Shown: positions 12,170-26,571 of the stretch, piece by piece | Position numbering within the stretch: position 1 is the first letter of the stretch | Layout of the letters: every line of letters starts with the position of its first letter | DNA from: Mobula hypostoma | Lineage: Eukaryota | Direction: 5' to 3' | Assembly: GCF_963921235.1 (NCBI RefSeq) | Contig: NC_086097.1 | Coordinates: 130,140,001-130,204,000, forward strand | DNA: 64,000 bases | The notes under the pieces: generated by a model | What the model saw: the letters and a program-made list of their open reading frames with translations, nothing else | Databases searched by the model: none | What the model was told of the DNA's origin: nothing | Position numbers and translations under genes: made by a program

Positions 12170-15100
12170 ATCTTTTCCACGGATGCTGCCCGACCTGCTG
12201 AGTTCCTCCAGTGTGTTGTGAGTGTTGCTTTGACCCCAGCATCTGCAGATTATTTTGTGTTCTGTTGGATACTGGTGGTATGGAATGCTTCAAGTCCAAC
12301 TGATTAGCTAGTTGATGAATGACAGGGGAGCGGCATGACCTCATGACCCAGGACTGGGTCTCAAGCCATGGTGGCACCTGTGGCCAGTTGCACAGGGACA
12401 GGGGTTGGAGTTGGGCACTCCACTGGAGTGCCAGAGGTGGTGTGGCACAGAATAGGGATGTTGCTGCCCTAGTGTTCCCTTGGCAGAAGACAAGCAGAAT
12501 TGTGATTAACTACAGACTGCTGCAACATTCATGGACTAAGGAACTTGGATATATTTTTGTGTGACTGTATTTTACTTCCATCTTATACTGCATGTGCTTG
12601 CTGTCTCATATGTGCTGTGTGCGCCTGGTGCTGTGTATGACTGTTGGTGCTGTGTTTTGCATCTTGGCCCTGGAGTAACACTGTTTCATTTTGCTGTATT
12701 CATGGGTATTCATGTATGGTTGAATGACAATTACACTTAAACATACGTACACAAAAAGAAGTTGGGGGGGGGAGAAAAAAAAATCGATCCTCAGAAGTGA
12801 TTTGGATCGCCAATCCACCTCCCCCACAACAACTATTCACTTCAAGTCTTTTACCCTCCTAATTCCCTAAACCCTCAATAATTTACTCAATGTTGTAAAT
12901 CTCTACCAAAACAAGACATGAATTTCAAAGATTTATAACCACAAGTAAAAAAAAAAGCCTCTGTCCCTGTCCTAAATCACTGGCCCTACAATTAAGTTCT
13001 TATTTCCTGGCTTTAGCTTGAAGAAATAACCTCCTAGTTTTCATCTGTGCAGAATCTTACTGAACTAATGAATCACCTATTTCCAAACATCAGTAAGTGT
13101 TGATATATCCAATTTAATCACTCCTTAAGACTTAAATCATCTTAAGTCTGCTCCTCCATATGGTATAACTGAACGGCACTGTGGTCAGGCCAAGTTTGTT
13201 TTTCAACATACACCCAGGATGAAAAAGAGTCGATGGTCCATCTGGTTCATGCTGCTGCTTATGGTCCACCCCAACTCCAATCATTCCTCAGCATTTAACT
13301 CGATCTAGTGCCACCTCACCTACACCTTGTATTCTCTGAGCCATTAACTTCCCCTGCTTAGGTAGTCCATTGCGACTGAGAATGATTGGCTTCAATTCAG
13401 GCTTGTGAATTCTGAGGTGATCATTGAGGCTAACGTGGAAGGGCAGACCTTCCACAGATGAGCAGGAGATGCCTGATAGGATAGATGGACAGATACATCT
13501 GCAGATGTCTGTCGACTCCAGCCTCCCTTCCCCTCCCCTCCCATACCTTATGATAACCTGCCTGTTACTTTCAGTCCAGCAATCATCTCAGACTCCTGTG
13601 TCAGCACTCCCCATCTCCTCTCTTCATACCAGCCATTTCCTCACTCTCAGTCCTGATGCTGAGTTTCCACCCAAAACATCGACAATTCCTCTCCTACAAA
13701 TGCTGCTTAACCCACTGAGGTTCATCCAACAGACTGTTTATTAGCAAATTTATTATGAAACCCTTTTTACTTCTTGGTTTGTTATCAGACGACAGGTTAC
13801 AACATCCATTTTGAGTCATAGGAGTAACTGAGGGTGCCCACCAAGCGAGTCCCATGTCTTGCATTTGACCTGTATCCCCTCCTATTCATGCATTCATCCA
13901 AATCATACATAAACCTTGTCAGGTAGGGACAGACTTCCTTCACTGAAGGATGAAGATTAGATGGGATTCTGCCACTTCACCTCCACATTACAGATCCCCA
14001 AGTTTACTTAGCAACCTGAATTTAAATTCTCCAGCTTTCCTGCTGAGATCTTAACTCTGCATTAACACCACAAAGCTCCAAATACTGTCCAGCAGCTCTA
14101 CCATGTGATAATACATGTGCCTTTCAATAGGTAGAATCAGCCAACACTGCCCATGTTACATACCCAATGCCATTGAGTATGGACCTGTTTTCTCCAAGTA
14201 TTGCTGTAGTCTAACTTACCTATTTTTAGATAATGAAGCATCAATGTACAATCAGTCCACTATTTTGAGGCATGTTATAAAGATTAACAATGTATCTAAA
14301 TATTGACCCTTCCTCTCCTTTTAAAAGCACACAATTTTTCTCTTTACAATTCAAAATTCTCAGCAGGACCCACTACCCTAGTGGGAGGATAAAGGAGTGA
14401 TGCCAGGACATGGCAAGAGGGAGGGGAGGCAGGTGAGAAAGACCCCCTGTCAGTTCTCTGTTCTTACCTCCACTCACTCTGCACGTTCCTGGAGACATTT
14501 TGGAACTGCAGCATTCTCAGGAGACTTGCCAACAATGGAGACCCAGAAGGCGATATCGAGACCTGGTGGCACTGTAATTTCAAATAGGAATGTCCAGTGG
14601 GCCATCAGGTCTGTTTGCACATGGAGCATCTCAAAAGATATTTTAGAAATAAATCATTTACAAAAATAACGCATCTCCAGTCAAAGGTGGGGGATCTACT
14701 TTTACACACAGCCTCAAATGAACTGCATGAAAAACTTCATGAAATGTCCCAAGTATTGACACTGTTTTCATCAACTTTCCACTATCCAAAGTTCAACCGT
14801 CTCCCTAAGTTAAAGTACACCCAGCTTCATCTTGCATTTCTGTTTCTTGGTCTGGCTCCTAAACCTCTCTTACATAAACTCTCCCATGGTTCCTCCTCAC
14901 CTGCTATCTCCTGAAGTGTCTCTGCTCCCACTCTTTCAAACACTGACACAGGCATCTCGGTTTCCCTACTTGTATTTCTCATATTGCACTTCCCCCTTTC
15001 CATGTCTTCTTCTCACTCGTTCCCACACAAAGAAAACACACACACACCTCTCAAACTTTTCAAACCTTTAAACTGTTCGCTCAGCTAATCTACTGTTCTT

Positions 15101-15918
15101 AAAGAGATGGTGGCCATAGAAGGTGTGTATTTGGGTGTTGCTGTAAAAGAAAGCCACTCACGCACACAATAATATTATCTTTTCCCATGTTGATAGTATG
15201 CCAATCTCTAGCATCCGTGACCTTGAGCTCTTTCAAAACTCTCTCCAACCTTCTTCCAAGCATGCACATTGGATCATCCAACCCAACGCTCCCTGACCTA
15301 GACTGTCCACAAAAAACTGGCACCCAGAACTACAATCCTCCAATCACTCCATGCTCCTCCAATCCTTGCCTCTTATACACTCTCTCCATTGACCTCAATT
15401 CCTGGCTAGGTCTAGAGATCTGGAATTCCTTCCTTTCCTTCAAGATCACCCTTTAAGAAACTGACTTAGTGACCAAGGTGTTAGCCAGTCTTCCAAATAT
15501 CCTTCTCTTTGGTTTGGCTTCAACCTCTCTCTCACTGCTCTCCTGTGAAGTGCTTTGGATGGTTTCCTCTTGCTAAAGGCATTACAGACAACACCTTTTT
15601 TTGCTAGTTTGCAAACATTAACCAGTGAAATAAGTGATGGGAACAGATGGCACATCTTTAGACACACAAACCCATGGTAAAAATCTAAAGCATTAGGATA
15701 GGAATGAAATTAATTCCCAGAGCTTGCAGCCTACACAAATGTGGAGCCACTTCACATAACAAGGTGCAGTACTGAGCCAAAACAGCAAGCAGTCCATTAC
15801 CTAACACTATTAAATATGAGAAGAGAGAGGCCCACCCCAACACAGTGTTTAAAAAAACCAATCCTCATTCCTCCTCAATAAACATGAAGCTCAACAAGGC
15901 AGACGACAGTGCACTTAC

Positions 15919-17037
15919 CAGGACGAGCAGCAACTAAGTGAGTTGTCCTGTTGGGGTCTTTGGGATTCAAAGATAAGGTTTTGCTAACCTTGGCTCCAAG
16001 GGCTGTGGCATGATACCACTCTCTTGTCTTTTCCATGGGGTAGTTTGTTGGGTAGAGTCCACTGAATATTATCCTTGTGCCTTCAAGTGTCTTGCTCTTC
16101 AGTTCTGGAACAATCTTCCTCAGATCAGGCACTTGCTTCTCCTTTTTGAGGTACTTCTCATACTGGGCATAATACTCTGTGTGGACATGGACCAGGATCG
16201 TTTCCAAGTGAATCAAATGGTCATCGTCATCTTGGTCCTCCTCCTCCTCTTCCACGTCCATGCTTTGATCCAGGGACTCACCCATCGTTACACCCGATTG
16301 TTCACTGTTCTGAGACTCCGTCTCAGCCTCTTTCTTTTCAGTGCACCCGTTCCCCACGTCGCCAAGCAAGTCCTGGTCAGCATCTGTCTCGGGCTCCAAG
16401 TCGGCTCTCTTATCCTGCAAATCTGACTCTAATAAATCAAGTACCTTCTCCTTCTCTGAGTGGTTAAATTTTGTCTCTGTGCTCCCCTTTCGCTGCTTCC
16501 TTGTCTTCTTTTTTGCTGTGCCCTTCTCACTGTCTAGGCTCAGGGTGGGCGAGGGCGAAGTGGAGCCTTGTTTTCCTTCCTCCAGTTCACTGTCGCTGTC
16601 ACTCGACAGGTCAAAATCGAGCTCACTGCTAGCTGCCTTTAAGTGGCTTTCACCTTCCTTGGCAGACTGCCCCGAGCTACTCTCTGCCAGCGTAACTGCA
16701 CACTCTGACAATTGTTCAGACTCTTTTGCTTTACCAGAAATAACAGTACTAGCAGTTTTTGTGTGGGAAAGACTGGTGTCACATAAAGATATCCTTTCAT
16801 GTTCTTTGTCATGTAAAGCATTTGCAGCAGGACCACATTTTAAAGATTCACTACATTTTAAGGATTCATCCTTTAGGATACTATTGCTACCATTTTGTTT
16901 CTTGGAACACTCCCCAAGGCCATTACTTTCTTCTTTTCTTTCTGTTCCTTCACTACACCTGTTGCTTGTACTGACAGCTTCTGTTGAAATGGGCACGGTC
17001 TGCTCCAGTCCTTCTGTGGGCTTTGAAGAATGATTTA
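15919..17037 (-). CDS. CTDP1: CTDP1 exon 8 (acidic/Ser-rich linker, DDDDHLIHLE, start of BRCT domain)
   Basis: 1119 nt, phase 1-1; acceptor ...ttccacag, donor GTAAG; ORF 15875..17140 contains DDDDHLIHLETIL...PDLRKIVPELKSKTL...IIFSGLYPTN...THLVAA. Confidence 0.96.
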
Positions 17038-18688
17038 CTGTGGAACATAGCAAGAAAAAAAACATCAAGATTAGAAACAATAATAAAATTAACAAAATCA
17101 TTGCATACAGCAAAACTAAAAACACACTTTCAATCATCAATCCTTTCTAATGAGGAGATAAGACTGCAGATGCTGAAATCTGGAGCAAAAGACAAACTGC
17201 AGGAGGAACTCAGTGGTCAAGCAGCATCCCTGTAGCCAGATAGATGGTCTACCTTTTTGGGTCAAGATCCTGTTTATCCTGATAAAGGATCTCGGTCCGA
17301 AACATCAACTGTTTACTCTTTTCCAGGACTGCTGAGTTCCTCCAGCATTTTGTGCGTGTTACTATCCTATTTGTTCTACTAGGTCCTAAATATAGAATGC
17401 AGCCATAACGTGCACAAAAGTAGTTCTGTTGCCTTTATGTAATGTGTAACAGTAACACCTAGTTAGCAATTTCATCCACATCTCAAAGTCCCATTTTACA
17501 ACTGGCTTCTGTCATATTCTGAACATTAATTTCGTGCTCATTCTCCAGGAACTTCCAACCTTGGACTCATGATAGTGATAGGGGCCTGTTTCTAGGCCTT
17601 TGGTCCACGCCAACCAAAATTCCCATGTAAGCTCGTCCTATTTGCCTGCGCTTGGCCTACATCTTCCTAAACCTTAGACACAAGCACCGCAGATGCTAGA
17701 AATCTACAGCAATACACACAATGTGCTGGAGGAGCTCAGCAGGTCCGTTCTGATGAAGGGTCTTGGCTCAAACCATCAACTGTTTATTCCCATCCATACA
17801 TATTGCACCTGGCCTGCTGAGCTCCTCCAGTACATTGGGTGTATTGCTCCTTCAAAACCTTTTCTATCTATGTACCTCAGTCAAGTACCTTTCAAATGTT
17901 GTTAATGTACTGGTCTCAAAAATTTACATTGGCAGTTCATTCCACACACTGACCACCATCTAATATCAAAACTCTGCTGCTCTGGATCCTATTAAATTTC
18001 CCTCCACTCACCTTAAATCCAAGTAGGTAATTTGGTTTATTACTGTCATATGTACTGAGGTACAGTGGAAAAACTTTGTATTGCATGCCAACCAAACTGA
18101 TCCTTTCATCACATCAGTGCATAACCCATGCCCTCAAATCCTTGATTCCCAAAAAGGACATCCACCCCATCTATGTTCTTCATGATTTATTCACCTCTAT
18201 AAGAGATCATCCTTATTTTCTGATGCTTCATTGAATAATGTCCCAACCTTCTCAAGCTCTTTTCACCAGTAAATAGTAAAGCTCAGAGCAAAAGATGGAT
18301 GCAGAGACTGATTTTGATTCATTCTCAGAGTATGGGCCTTGAAAAGCAAGGCCATCATTTACTACCTATTCCCAAAGTTCTCCTGGACCCAGTGGCTTTC
18401 TATGATCATTCTAAAGGGCTGACAATATTCAAACAATTGCTGAGGGTTTCATGTCACACACAGTCATGCAAATATTTTGGATTTCATAATGCACATTGAA
18501 GAGGATTTTTTTTAAATGACAACCCAGATTGGACAAGGGCTTTTAAGTTCTAAAATTAATTAACAGATTTTAAAGTCCATATTGAAATTTAAACTCCAGT
18601 AACTTAAATATAACGTGGCTGTACCCAAGAAAGCCGTTTAAAAAATTGCAAAATCCTACAGCTGCCACACGCACTTATTAAGACTCAC

Positions 18689-18855
18689 CCCTCTTCTTCA
18701 CTGGCACATCTTTAGATCCTGGTGGAGCATTGATATCACCAGTTCCTTGAAAATAGGTGTATTTTTTAACTAATATTAAGTTTGGTGCAAATTTCCAGAC
18801 GTCTTCCCGATCATCAATGATGCAAACCATCGAGTCACCACAAGGAAAAAGATTC
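18689..18855 (-). CDS. CTDP1: CTDP1 exon 7 (NLFPCGDSMVCIIDDREDVWKFAPNLILVKKYTYFQGTGDINAPPGSKDVPVKKR)
   Basis: 167 nt; acceptor ...tttag, donor GTGAG; IIDD HAD motif IV. Confidence 0.97.
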
Positions 18856-21399
18856 CTAAATTGATGAATAAAAAAAAAGAAAACCAAAATATAAATACAA
18901 TTTCAGAGATGCTGGTAATATGAAAGCAATCAAAAACAGAAAATACTGGGAACTTTCAGCAATTCAAATAGCATCCGTGGAGATTGGAACAGATTTAATA
19001 CTTTAGATCAGAGGTTCTGATGGTAAGTCATTGACCTGAAACTTATTGCTTGTCCTTCCATAAATAATGCCATATCATCTGAATATCTATAATGTTTAAA
19101 TACTATGTAAATGTTTAAATCCTCCATTTATTCCCTAATCCAGTTTTATAAAACATCAATTACACCAGACAACTAAGAATCGACAGAGCTTGAGGAACAT
19201 TACTCACTATTGTCTTCATGGCATTTCATGTAATACTTAGCAACTCCAGCACGTGCAATGAACAAGTTTGCTCATTGCAGGAAGAACCCCAGCATATCAA
19301 ATCTCTTCTATGAACTGAAATTCTCTAGTCCAAGCCACTGCCTGGTGCACCACCTCTGCACTTGCTCCAGCCCAAATCAGTCCTCTAGTGTGGCAACCAG
19401 AAATTCAGATTTTAACCCCCTTCAGAACAGTCTGCAGCTTTATTATTTCTATCCATTAATCAAAATTGTAAAAATAATTATGCATTTGAAACATGCCCCT
19501 TTTGAATACTGTTTGCTTCAGGTGAGAACACCTCTCATTTTTCTAAACTTAAGGAAGCACAGGCTCAATCTGCTTAATCACTTTTCATATGACAAACAAT
19601 ACAATTGTATTTCTTTGGCCTACTGTGAATGCCTGCAAGAAAGCAACCCTCAGGTGACATATACACACTTCGATAATAAATTTACTTTGAATTTTGAGCA
19701 AACAGACCATCATACCAACCAATGTGGTGACATTCTGCTGCACTCCCTCTGTTATACATGTATGCTTCTTTACACCACACACTGTGTTCAAAGTGCAGTT
19801 TCCCAGTGCTCTATATATCCTAAATAAAATATGCCTTTTGTATTCAAATCCTCCTGCAATACAAGCCACTTATCTTTCCGTTTTTTGCAGAGGAGTTTCA
19901 CCAAGATTTCAAGCTGTCATGTGCACAAGTATGATAAGGTACAGGTATAATGAAAAACTTGCTTGTAGCAGCACGACAGGCATGTAGGAACCGACAACAC
20001 ACAGATTATAAATTATGCATAAACTCTACAAAATAGTGAAGATAGAATTAAAGAAGACTGCAAAAACAAAAACAGTGCAAAACAGAGACAAAATCAGAAA
20101 GGAATCCTTAATAGCGCAAGAGATGGTCTACAGCGTTCCATTGCTGAGGCTGCGGTAGAGTTGTGCAAGTCAAAACGTTTCATTCACGAGAATAAACTTG
20201 AGAGCCTGGGTCTCTTTTCCCTGGAACAGAGGTGGTTAACTGGGGACGTGATCAAGTTATATAGAGTTAAGATGAATAGAGAGATGGGACTGCCAGACTG
20301 CCTTTTTCAGAGATAAATAAAACTAGCAGACATAGATTTAGGTAAACTTAGAGGGGATTTGAGGGGAACCCAAAGCGTGGTCAGTGCTTGCGATACATTG
20401 TCTGTGAAAGTGGCAGAAATAGGATCACTGACTGTATTTAAGAAAGGTATAAGAAAAGCACTTGAATTATCTGGGTTAAAAGACTATGGGCCAAGTGCTG
20501 AAGGACGGAATTTGTTCAGATGGATGGGGTTGTCTTGATGGGTTGAGTGGCCAGTTTCCATGTAGTATGGCACCAAGACTCTCTAAATGCTTGCTCAAAC
20601 GCACACCATGTTTCAAGGACATCCAGCTAGCTCTGAACAAAAACATCTTTCAATCCATATCTCTGTGCCAGCTACTTGCTGTAGTGCAACAACTCACCAA
20701 GGCTTCTTTAAACGATACTCCCAAACCCACAACCTTCAGCATTTGCTCAAAGGTTAAAGGCGGCAGGCAGACAGGAAGGGCAGCAAGCACCACTCCAAGG
20801 CATCGAAATACAACAACGCCTTGTTCATCTGGTCAAAAAATCCCCTAATTCCATAGCTCTCTGCATTGTGGAAGCGCCCACACCACATAGACTGTAGCCA
20901 CACAAGGTGACATCTCACCCCCAGGTTATCAATAAAGGACAGATAATTGATGCTGACACTCCCAGTGAGCTTATAAAAGTGCTACCATTTATCTGCTCAG
21001 TGATGTCCCCAACTCTTCCTCTATCGACAGCAAATTTCAAAATCAAATGTGGGAAAAAGCGAATTATTTTCCCACAATCCAATTTAGGCACCCCTCAACA
21101 ATTTCAATTGCCCACAACATTAAAGATAGTTATCAAAAAGATATCTGCAATTAGTACCAAAGTAGGTCACAGTTTTCTGTTCTATTGTTCATCTCTAAAC
21201 AAGCACAGAAATTAATTACCATCTTAATGCCATGACTTGAATTCCTCAATAGTATGCCTTGTTTTATGAAGAAGATTCATTTAAAAAAAAAGGAAAAAAG
21301 AGCTAGTTTCCTGGATGTACTTGTTGAATTGACTATTGGTTAACATCTGAACCAAATGCATACAAGTAGGGAATTATAAATGCTGAGCACAGTACTCAC

Positions 21400-21490
21400 C
21401 GTAGATTGCCAGTTTTAGAATATGGATCAATGCACTCATCTCTTGATAAAATTCGATGGGAAAAAAGTTTCTTCTCTGGATCCAGAAACC
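21400..21490 (-). CDS. CTDP1: CTDP1 exon 6 (GFLDPEKKLFSHRILSRDECIDPYSKTGNLR)
   Basis: 91 nt; acceptor ...ctgcag, donor GTGAG; frame continuous with exons 5 and 7. Confidence 0.96.
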
Positions 21491-24122
21491 CTGCAGTTTA
21501 AAGAAACGAGAAACAGGAAAAAAACAAGATGGTATGTGAGAGATACTAGAGTAATAAGCACAGGCCATCAACAGGTTAAGAACATCCCCTACATATGACC
21601 AAGCTCCCATATGATTAAATTTAGCAGTCTTACACACATGCATTCCCATGGATGGCAAAATGAGTTTCCTTTCCATCTCTGCACCTATGGTTATTTTGGT
21701 TATATGTGACAGAAGTATGATTCCCGTATTGAGTGATCTTCATGCATTTTCTGGCTTATGGACAAAATTGACTTGTAAACGTTTGTAAAAACAGAACTCA
21801 CTCATTACTCAAGAGTACAGTTAATCCTTACAGGCCCAGGATTGACTATTTTGGCCTGTGAACTCAAGTACTCAATCATAAAAGTGCAATGCAACAGAGG
21901 CAGGAAATCTGTAATTAAATTAGATTATTAGCAAATTATGAAAATTTTCAAGAGATCAGACAGGGTGTGTTGAGAAGGAAACAGTTAATGTTTCCACTCA
22001 CTACCAGTACGCCTTCTTTTTAATTAAAATCATCCAGTCGTAAAATATGGCTCAAGTGCTAGATGAGGACCTAAACCAAAAAGTAGTGTTATCTCTTGGA
22101 AACAAGAGATTGTAATTGCTAGAATCTGTTGGAGGAACTAACTACCTTCCCTCCCTGATCACTGTCCTGATGCAGGGTTTCAGAAAGAAATGTCGACAAT
22201 TCCTTTTCTTCCACAGATGCTGCAGCAGAATGTTACTCCAATTATTTCTCCCTAAGACAGAGAACAGAAAAGAAAAGGAACAGGCTCTTTGGCCCATAAT
22301 GTCTGCACCAATGATTATACCAAACTAAATCAAATCCCTTCTGCCTGTACATACTCTATTTCCATCCGTACCCTGCACATTCATGGGTATAACAGCCTCC
22401 AAAATGACACCATCACATTTGCTTCCAACACTACACCACGCAACCCGTCCCAGGCACCTATTACTTTCTGTGTAAAAAAAAACTGACCTGCACATCTCGA
22501 TTAAACTTTTACTCTCTTGCCTTAAATGCAAGTCCTCTAGTATTTATATTTCAACCCTGGAAAAAAGATGAAGACGCTATCCCATCTAGTCTCACAGTTT
22601 TATGAGCTTCAACTGGATCTTTACTTGGCGTCCAACTCCCCAGAGAAAGCTTATCCAACTTCTCCTTATGGTTCATACCTTTAATTCCAGGCAGTGTCCT
22701 GGAAAACCTCTTCTGCAGATTTCCAAAGCATCTGCAGTCTATATTCTTCCTGTAAAGGGGCAAACAGAATTGTGCACAATACTCCAAGGGGAGCCTAACC
22801 AAAGTTTTAATTAGATACTACCTGATTTCCTTACTCTATACTCAATGCCCTGTAATTATGTCTGAATCAACTTGAAGTATCTTTAAAATAATTAAGACTT
22901 CATAAAATGAAAAGATCTTAACTACTTTGTGTTATCCTAATTGCAAATCCACTTCCCCCAATTTCACGTACAACGAAACAACTTGCATTTGTACGGTGCC
23001 TTTTATTTCAAAGTGTCTCCACCTCTTAGTGCCAATTAAATCCTTTCCGAGGTACAATTGTTCTAATTGTAGAATCAAGGTACCAATATGTGCACATCAT
23101 TCTCCAAAAAGAGCAGCACAATAATCACTGCACAGTCTATTTTGGTAGGATAAAATGGATCAGCATATTGAACACTGTTATAGAATCATAGAAAACCACA
23201 GCACAGAAACAGGCCTTTCTGCCTTATCTAGTCCATGCTGAATCACTTAATTTTCCCGGTCCCATCGACCTGCGCCTGGACCATAGCCCTGCATACCCCT
23301 CCTATTCATGTACCTATCCAAACCTCTCCTAAATGTTAAAAATCAAGATCACCTCCACCACTTGCACTGGCAGCTTGTTCCACACTCTCACCACCCTCCG
23401 AGTGAAAAAGCTCCCCCTCTGAAACATTTCAGCTTCACCCTTAACCCATGATTTCTCGTTGTAGTCTCACCCAACCTCAGGGTAAATTGAAGCAGACTTT
23501 TTCCACTATCTATACCTATCATAATTTTGTATACCTCTATCAAATCTCCCCTCAATCTTACACCATAAAACCATAAGCCAAATGGGCCATCAAATCTGCT
23601 CTGCCATTTCATCATGACTGATCCAATTTTCCTCTCAGCCCTAATTTCCTACCTGTGTCCTGACCAATCAAGAACCCATCAACCTCTGCCTTAAATATAC
23701 ATAAAGACTTGGCCTCCACAGCTGCTTGTGGCACAGAAATCCACAGATTCATCACTCTCTGGCTAAAGAAATTCCTCCTCATCTATGTTCTAAAAGGACA
23801 CTCCTCTGTTCTTGAACAATGCCCTCTGGCTTTAGACTCTCTGTCCATAGGAAACATCCTCTCCTCATCGACTCTATCAAGGCCTTTCACCATTCGATAG
23901 GTTTCAATGAAGTCACCCCTCATTCTTCTAAATTCTAGTAAATACAGGCCCAAAGCCATCAAATGCCCTTTACATGACAACCCATTCAATCCTGGAATCA
24001 ATTTTGTGGACCTCCTTTGAACCCTCTCCAGTTTTACCACATCTTTTCTAAGATAAGGGCCCAAAACTGCTCACAATACTCCAAATGAGGGCTCACCAGT
24101 GCTTTATAAAGTCTCAAACGTT

Positions 24123-24247
24123 AGATAGCAACACACACAAAATGCTGAAACGTCGACTGTGTTTTTTTCCATAGATGTTGCCTGGCCTGCTGAGTTCCTC
24201 CAGCATTTTGTGTGTTGCTCAGATTTCCAGTATCTGCAGGTTTTCTA
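24123..24247. mobile_element. Short Penelope-derived foldback insertion inside a CR1
   Basis: agcaacacacacaaaatgctg...cagcattttgtgtgttgct inverted ends, half hammerhead gaaacgtcgactg; TSD TCAAAC(G/A)TT at 24114-24122 and 24248-24256. Confidence 0.75.
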
Positions 24248-24829
24248 TCAAACATTGCATACTCGCTTTTATATTCCAGTCTTCCTGAAATAAATCCCAA
24301 CATTGCGTTTGCCTTCCTTACCATAGACTCGGCCTGCAAATTAACCTTTAGGGAATCCTGCACAAAAACTCCCACATCCCTTTGCACCTGTTTTTTTTTT
24401 TAAATATTTTCTCTCCATTTAGAAAATACTCAAAACTTTTCATTTATTCTACCATACACTTCCAGGCACAGTATTCCATCTCCCATTTCTTTACCCGTCT
24501 CCTAATTTGTCTAATGCCTTCTGCAGCATCTCTACTTCCTCAAAACTACCTGCCCCTCCAGTCATCTTCATCTCGTCTGCAAACTTTGCAACAAAGCCAA
24601 CAATTCCATCATCCAACAGCCAACCAGAAAAGGCTCCCTTCATTCTCACTCTTCGCGTCCTGTCAACCAACCACTGCTTTATCCATGCTAGAATCTTTCC
24701 TGTAATACCAGGGGCTCATAGCAGCCTCATGTGTGGCACTTGTCAAAGGCCTTCTGAAAATCCAAGTACTCGATGTTAACCAATTCTCTAGCTATCCTGC
24801 TTGTTGTTTCTTCCAAGAATTCCAATAGA

Positions 24830-26571
24830 CGCCTGCCTGTTTGTTGGCTACATGGAATAGTCTAAGTTCCAAGCCTACACTGGTGACCATCCCGCACTTT
24901 TCCTACGCTACATCAACGACTTTATTGCTGCTGCTTCCTGCTCCCAAGCTGAACTTGTCGACTTCATCCACTTTGCCTCTAACTTCCACCCTGCCCCCAA
25001 ATTCACCTGGTCCATTTCTGACACCTCCCTTCCCTTTCTTGATCTTACTGTCTCTATCTCTGGATCCAGCTTATCCACTGATGTCTATTACAAACCTACA
25101 GAGTCTCACAGCTGCTGGGACTATACGTCATCTCACCCTGCAACTAGTAAAACTGCCATCCCCTTCTCAATTCCTCAGTTTCTGCTGCATCTGTTCGCAG
25201 GATGAGGCTTTTCATTCCAGAACGAAGGAGGTATCCTCCTTCCAGCACCATCATCGCCGCCCTCAACCGCATCTCTTCCATTTTGCACACATCAGCTCTT
25301 ACCCCATCCTCATGCCACCCTACCTGGGACACGGCTCCTCTTGCCCTCACCTACCACCCCATCAGCATCCATGCCCAGCACATAATTCTGCAAAACTTCC
25401 ATCACCTCCAATGGGATCCCACCATCAAGCATTGGATCAGCAAGTTTGCTGATGATACAAAGATTGGAGGTGTAGTAGACAGTGAGGAAGGTTTTCAGAG
25501 CCTTCAGAGGGACTTGAACCAGCTGGAAAAATGGGCTGAAAAATGGCAGATGGAGTTTAATACTGACAAGTGAGGTATTGCACGTTGGAAGGACAAACCA
25601 AGGTAGAACATACAGGGTTAATGGTAAGGCACTGAGGAGTGCAGTGGAACAGAGGGATCTGGGAATACAGATACAAAATTCCCTAAAAGTGGCGTCACAG
25701 GTAGATAGGGTCGTAAAGAGAGCTTTTGGTACATTGGCCTTTATTAATCGAAGTATTGAGTATAAGAGCTGGAATGTTATGATGAGGTTGTATAAGGCAT
25801 TGGTGAGGCCGAATCTGGAGTATTGTGTTCAGTTTTGGTCACCAAATTACAGGAAGGATATAAATAAGGTTGAAAGAGTGCAGAGAAGGTTTACAAGGAT
25901 GTTGCCGGGACTTGAGAAACTCAGTTACAGAGAAAGGTTGAATAGGTTAGGACTTTATTCCCTGGAGCGTAGAAGAATGAGGGGAGATTTGATAGAGGTA
26001 TATAAAATTATGATGGGTATAGATAGAGTGAATGCAAGCAGGCTTTTTCCACTGAGGCAAGGGGAGAAAAAAACCAGAGGACATGGGTTAAGGGTGAGGG
26101 GGGAAAAGTTTAAAGGGAACATTAGTGGGGGCTTCTTCACACCGAGAGTGGTGGGAGTATGGAATGAGCTGCCAGACGAGGTGGTAAATGCGGGTTCTTT
26201 TTTAACATTTTAGAATAAATTGGACAGATACATGGATGGGAGGTGTATGGAGGGATATGGTCCGTGTGCAGGTCAGTGAGACTAGGCAGAAAATGGTTCG
26301 GCACAGCCAAGAAGGGCCAAAGGGCCTGTTTCTGTGCTGTAGTTTCTATGGTTCTATCTTTCTCTCCCCCCACCCCCCACCACTTTCTGCTTTCTGCAAG
26401 GATCAATCCCTACACAATTCCCTTGTCCATTCATCTCTCCCCACTGATCTCTCTCCTGGCACTTATCCTTGCAAGCAGAACAAGTGCTACACCTGTCCCT
26501 ACACCACCTCTCTCACTACTATTAAGGGCCCTAAACAGTCCTTCCAGGTGAGGCAACACTTCGCCTGTGAG
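24830..26571 (+). mobile_element. Penelope-like RT fragment interrupted by a CR1 insertion
   Basis: Visibly homologous to the 39860-41660 element in the opposite orientation (gcctgcctgtttgttggctac ... tccttccaggtgaggcaacacttc); split by the CR1 at 25432-26357. Confidence 0.82.
25432..26357 (+). mobile_element. Young 5'-truncated CR1 LINE 3' end
   Basis: ISKFADDTKIGG...LQRDL...WQMEFN then, after one frameshift, an open 211-aa RT C-terminus (LYKALVRPNLEYCVQFWSP...RRRMRGDLIEVYKI); tail ttctatggttctat. Confidence 0.92.

Noticed and set aside
1..15918. Search for CTDP1 exon 9 (BRCT continuation with W-L-W-x-C-L-E-R-W)
   Set aside because: No matching sequence found by eye; presumed to lie beyond position 1.
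16010..17033. Plus-strand ORFs of 138 and 230 aa
   Set aside because: Antisense shadows of CTDP1 exon 8; low-complexity products with no independent gene signals.
15875..17140. 421-aa ORF as a single-exon membrane protein
   Set aside because: The hydrophobic N-terminus is translated intronic T-rich sequence; the true exon is 15919-17037.
19258..19827. 189-aa ORF
   Set aside because: No recognisable domain; runs through decayed repeat fragments in CTDP1 intron 6.
25578..26213. 211-aa ORF as a host gene
   Set aside because: C-terminal part of CR1 ORF2 in a 5'-truncated insertion.
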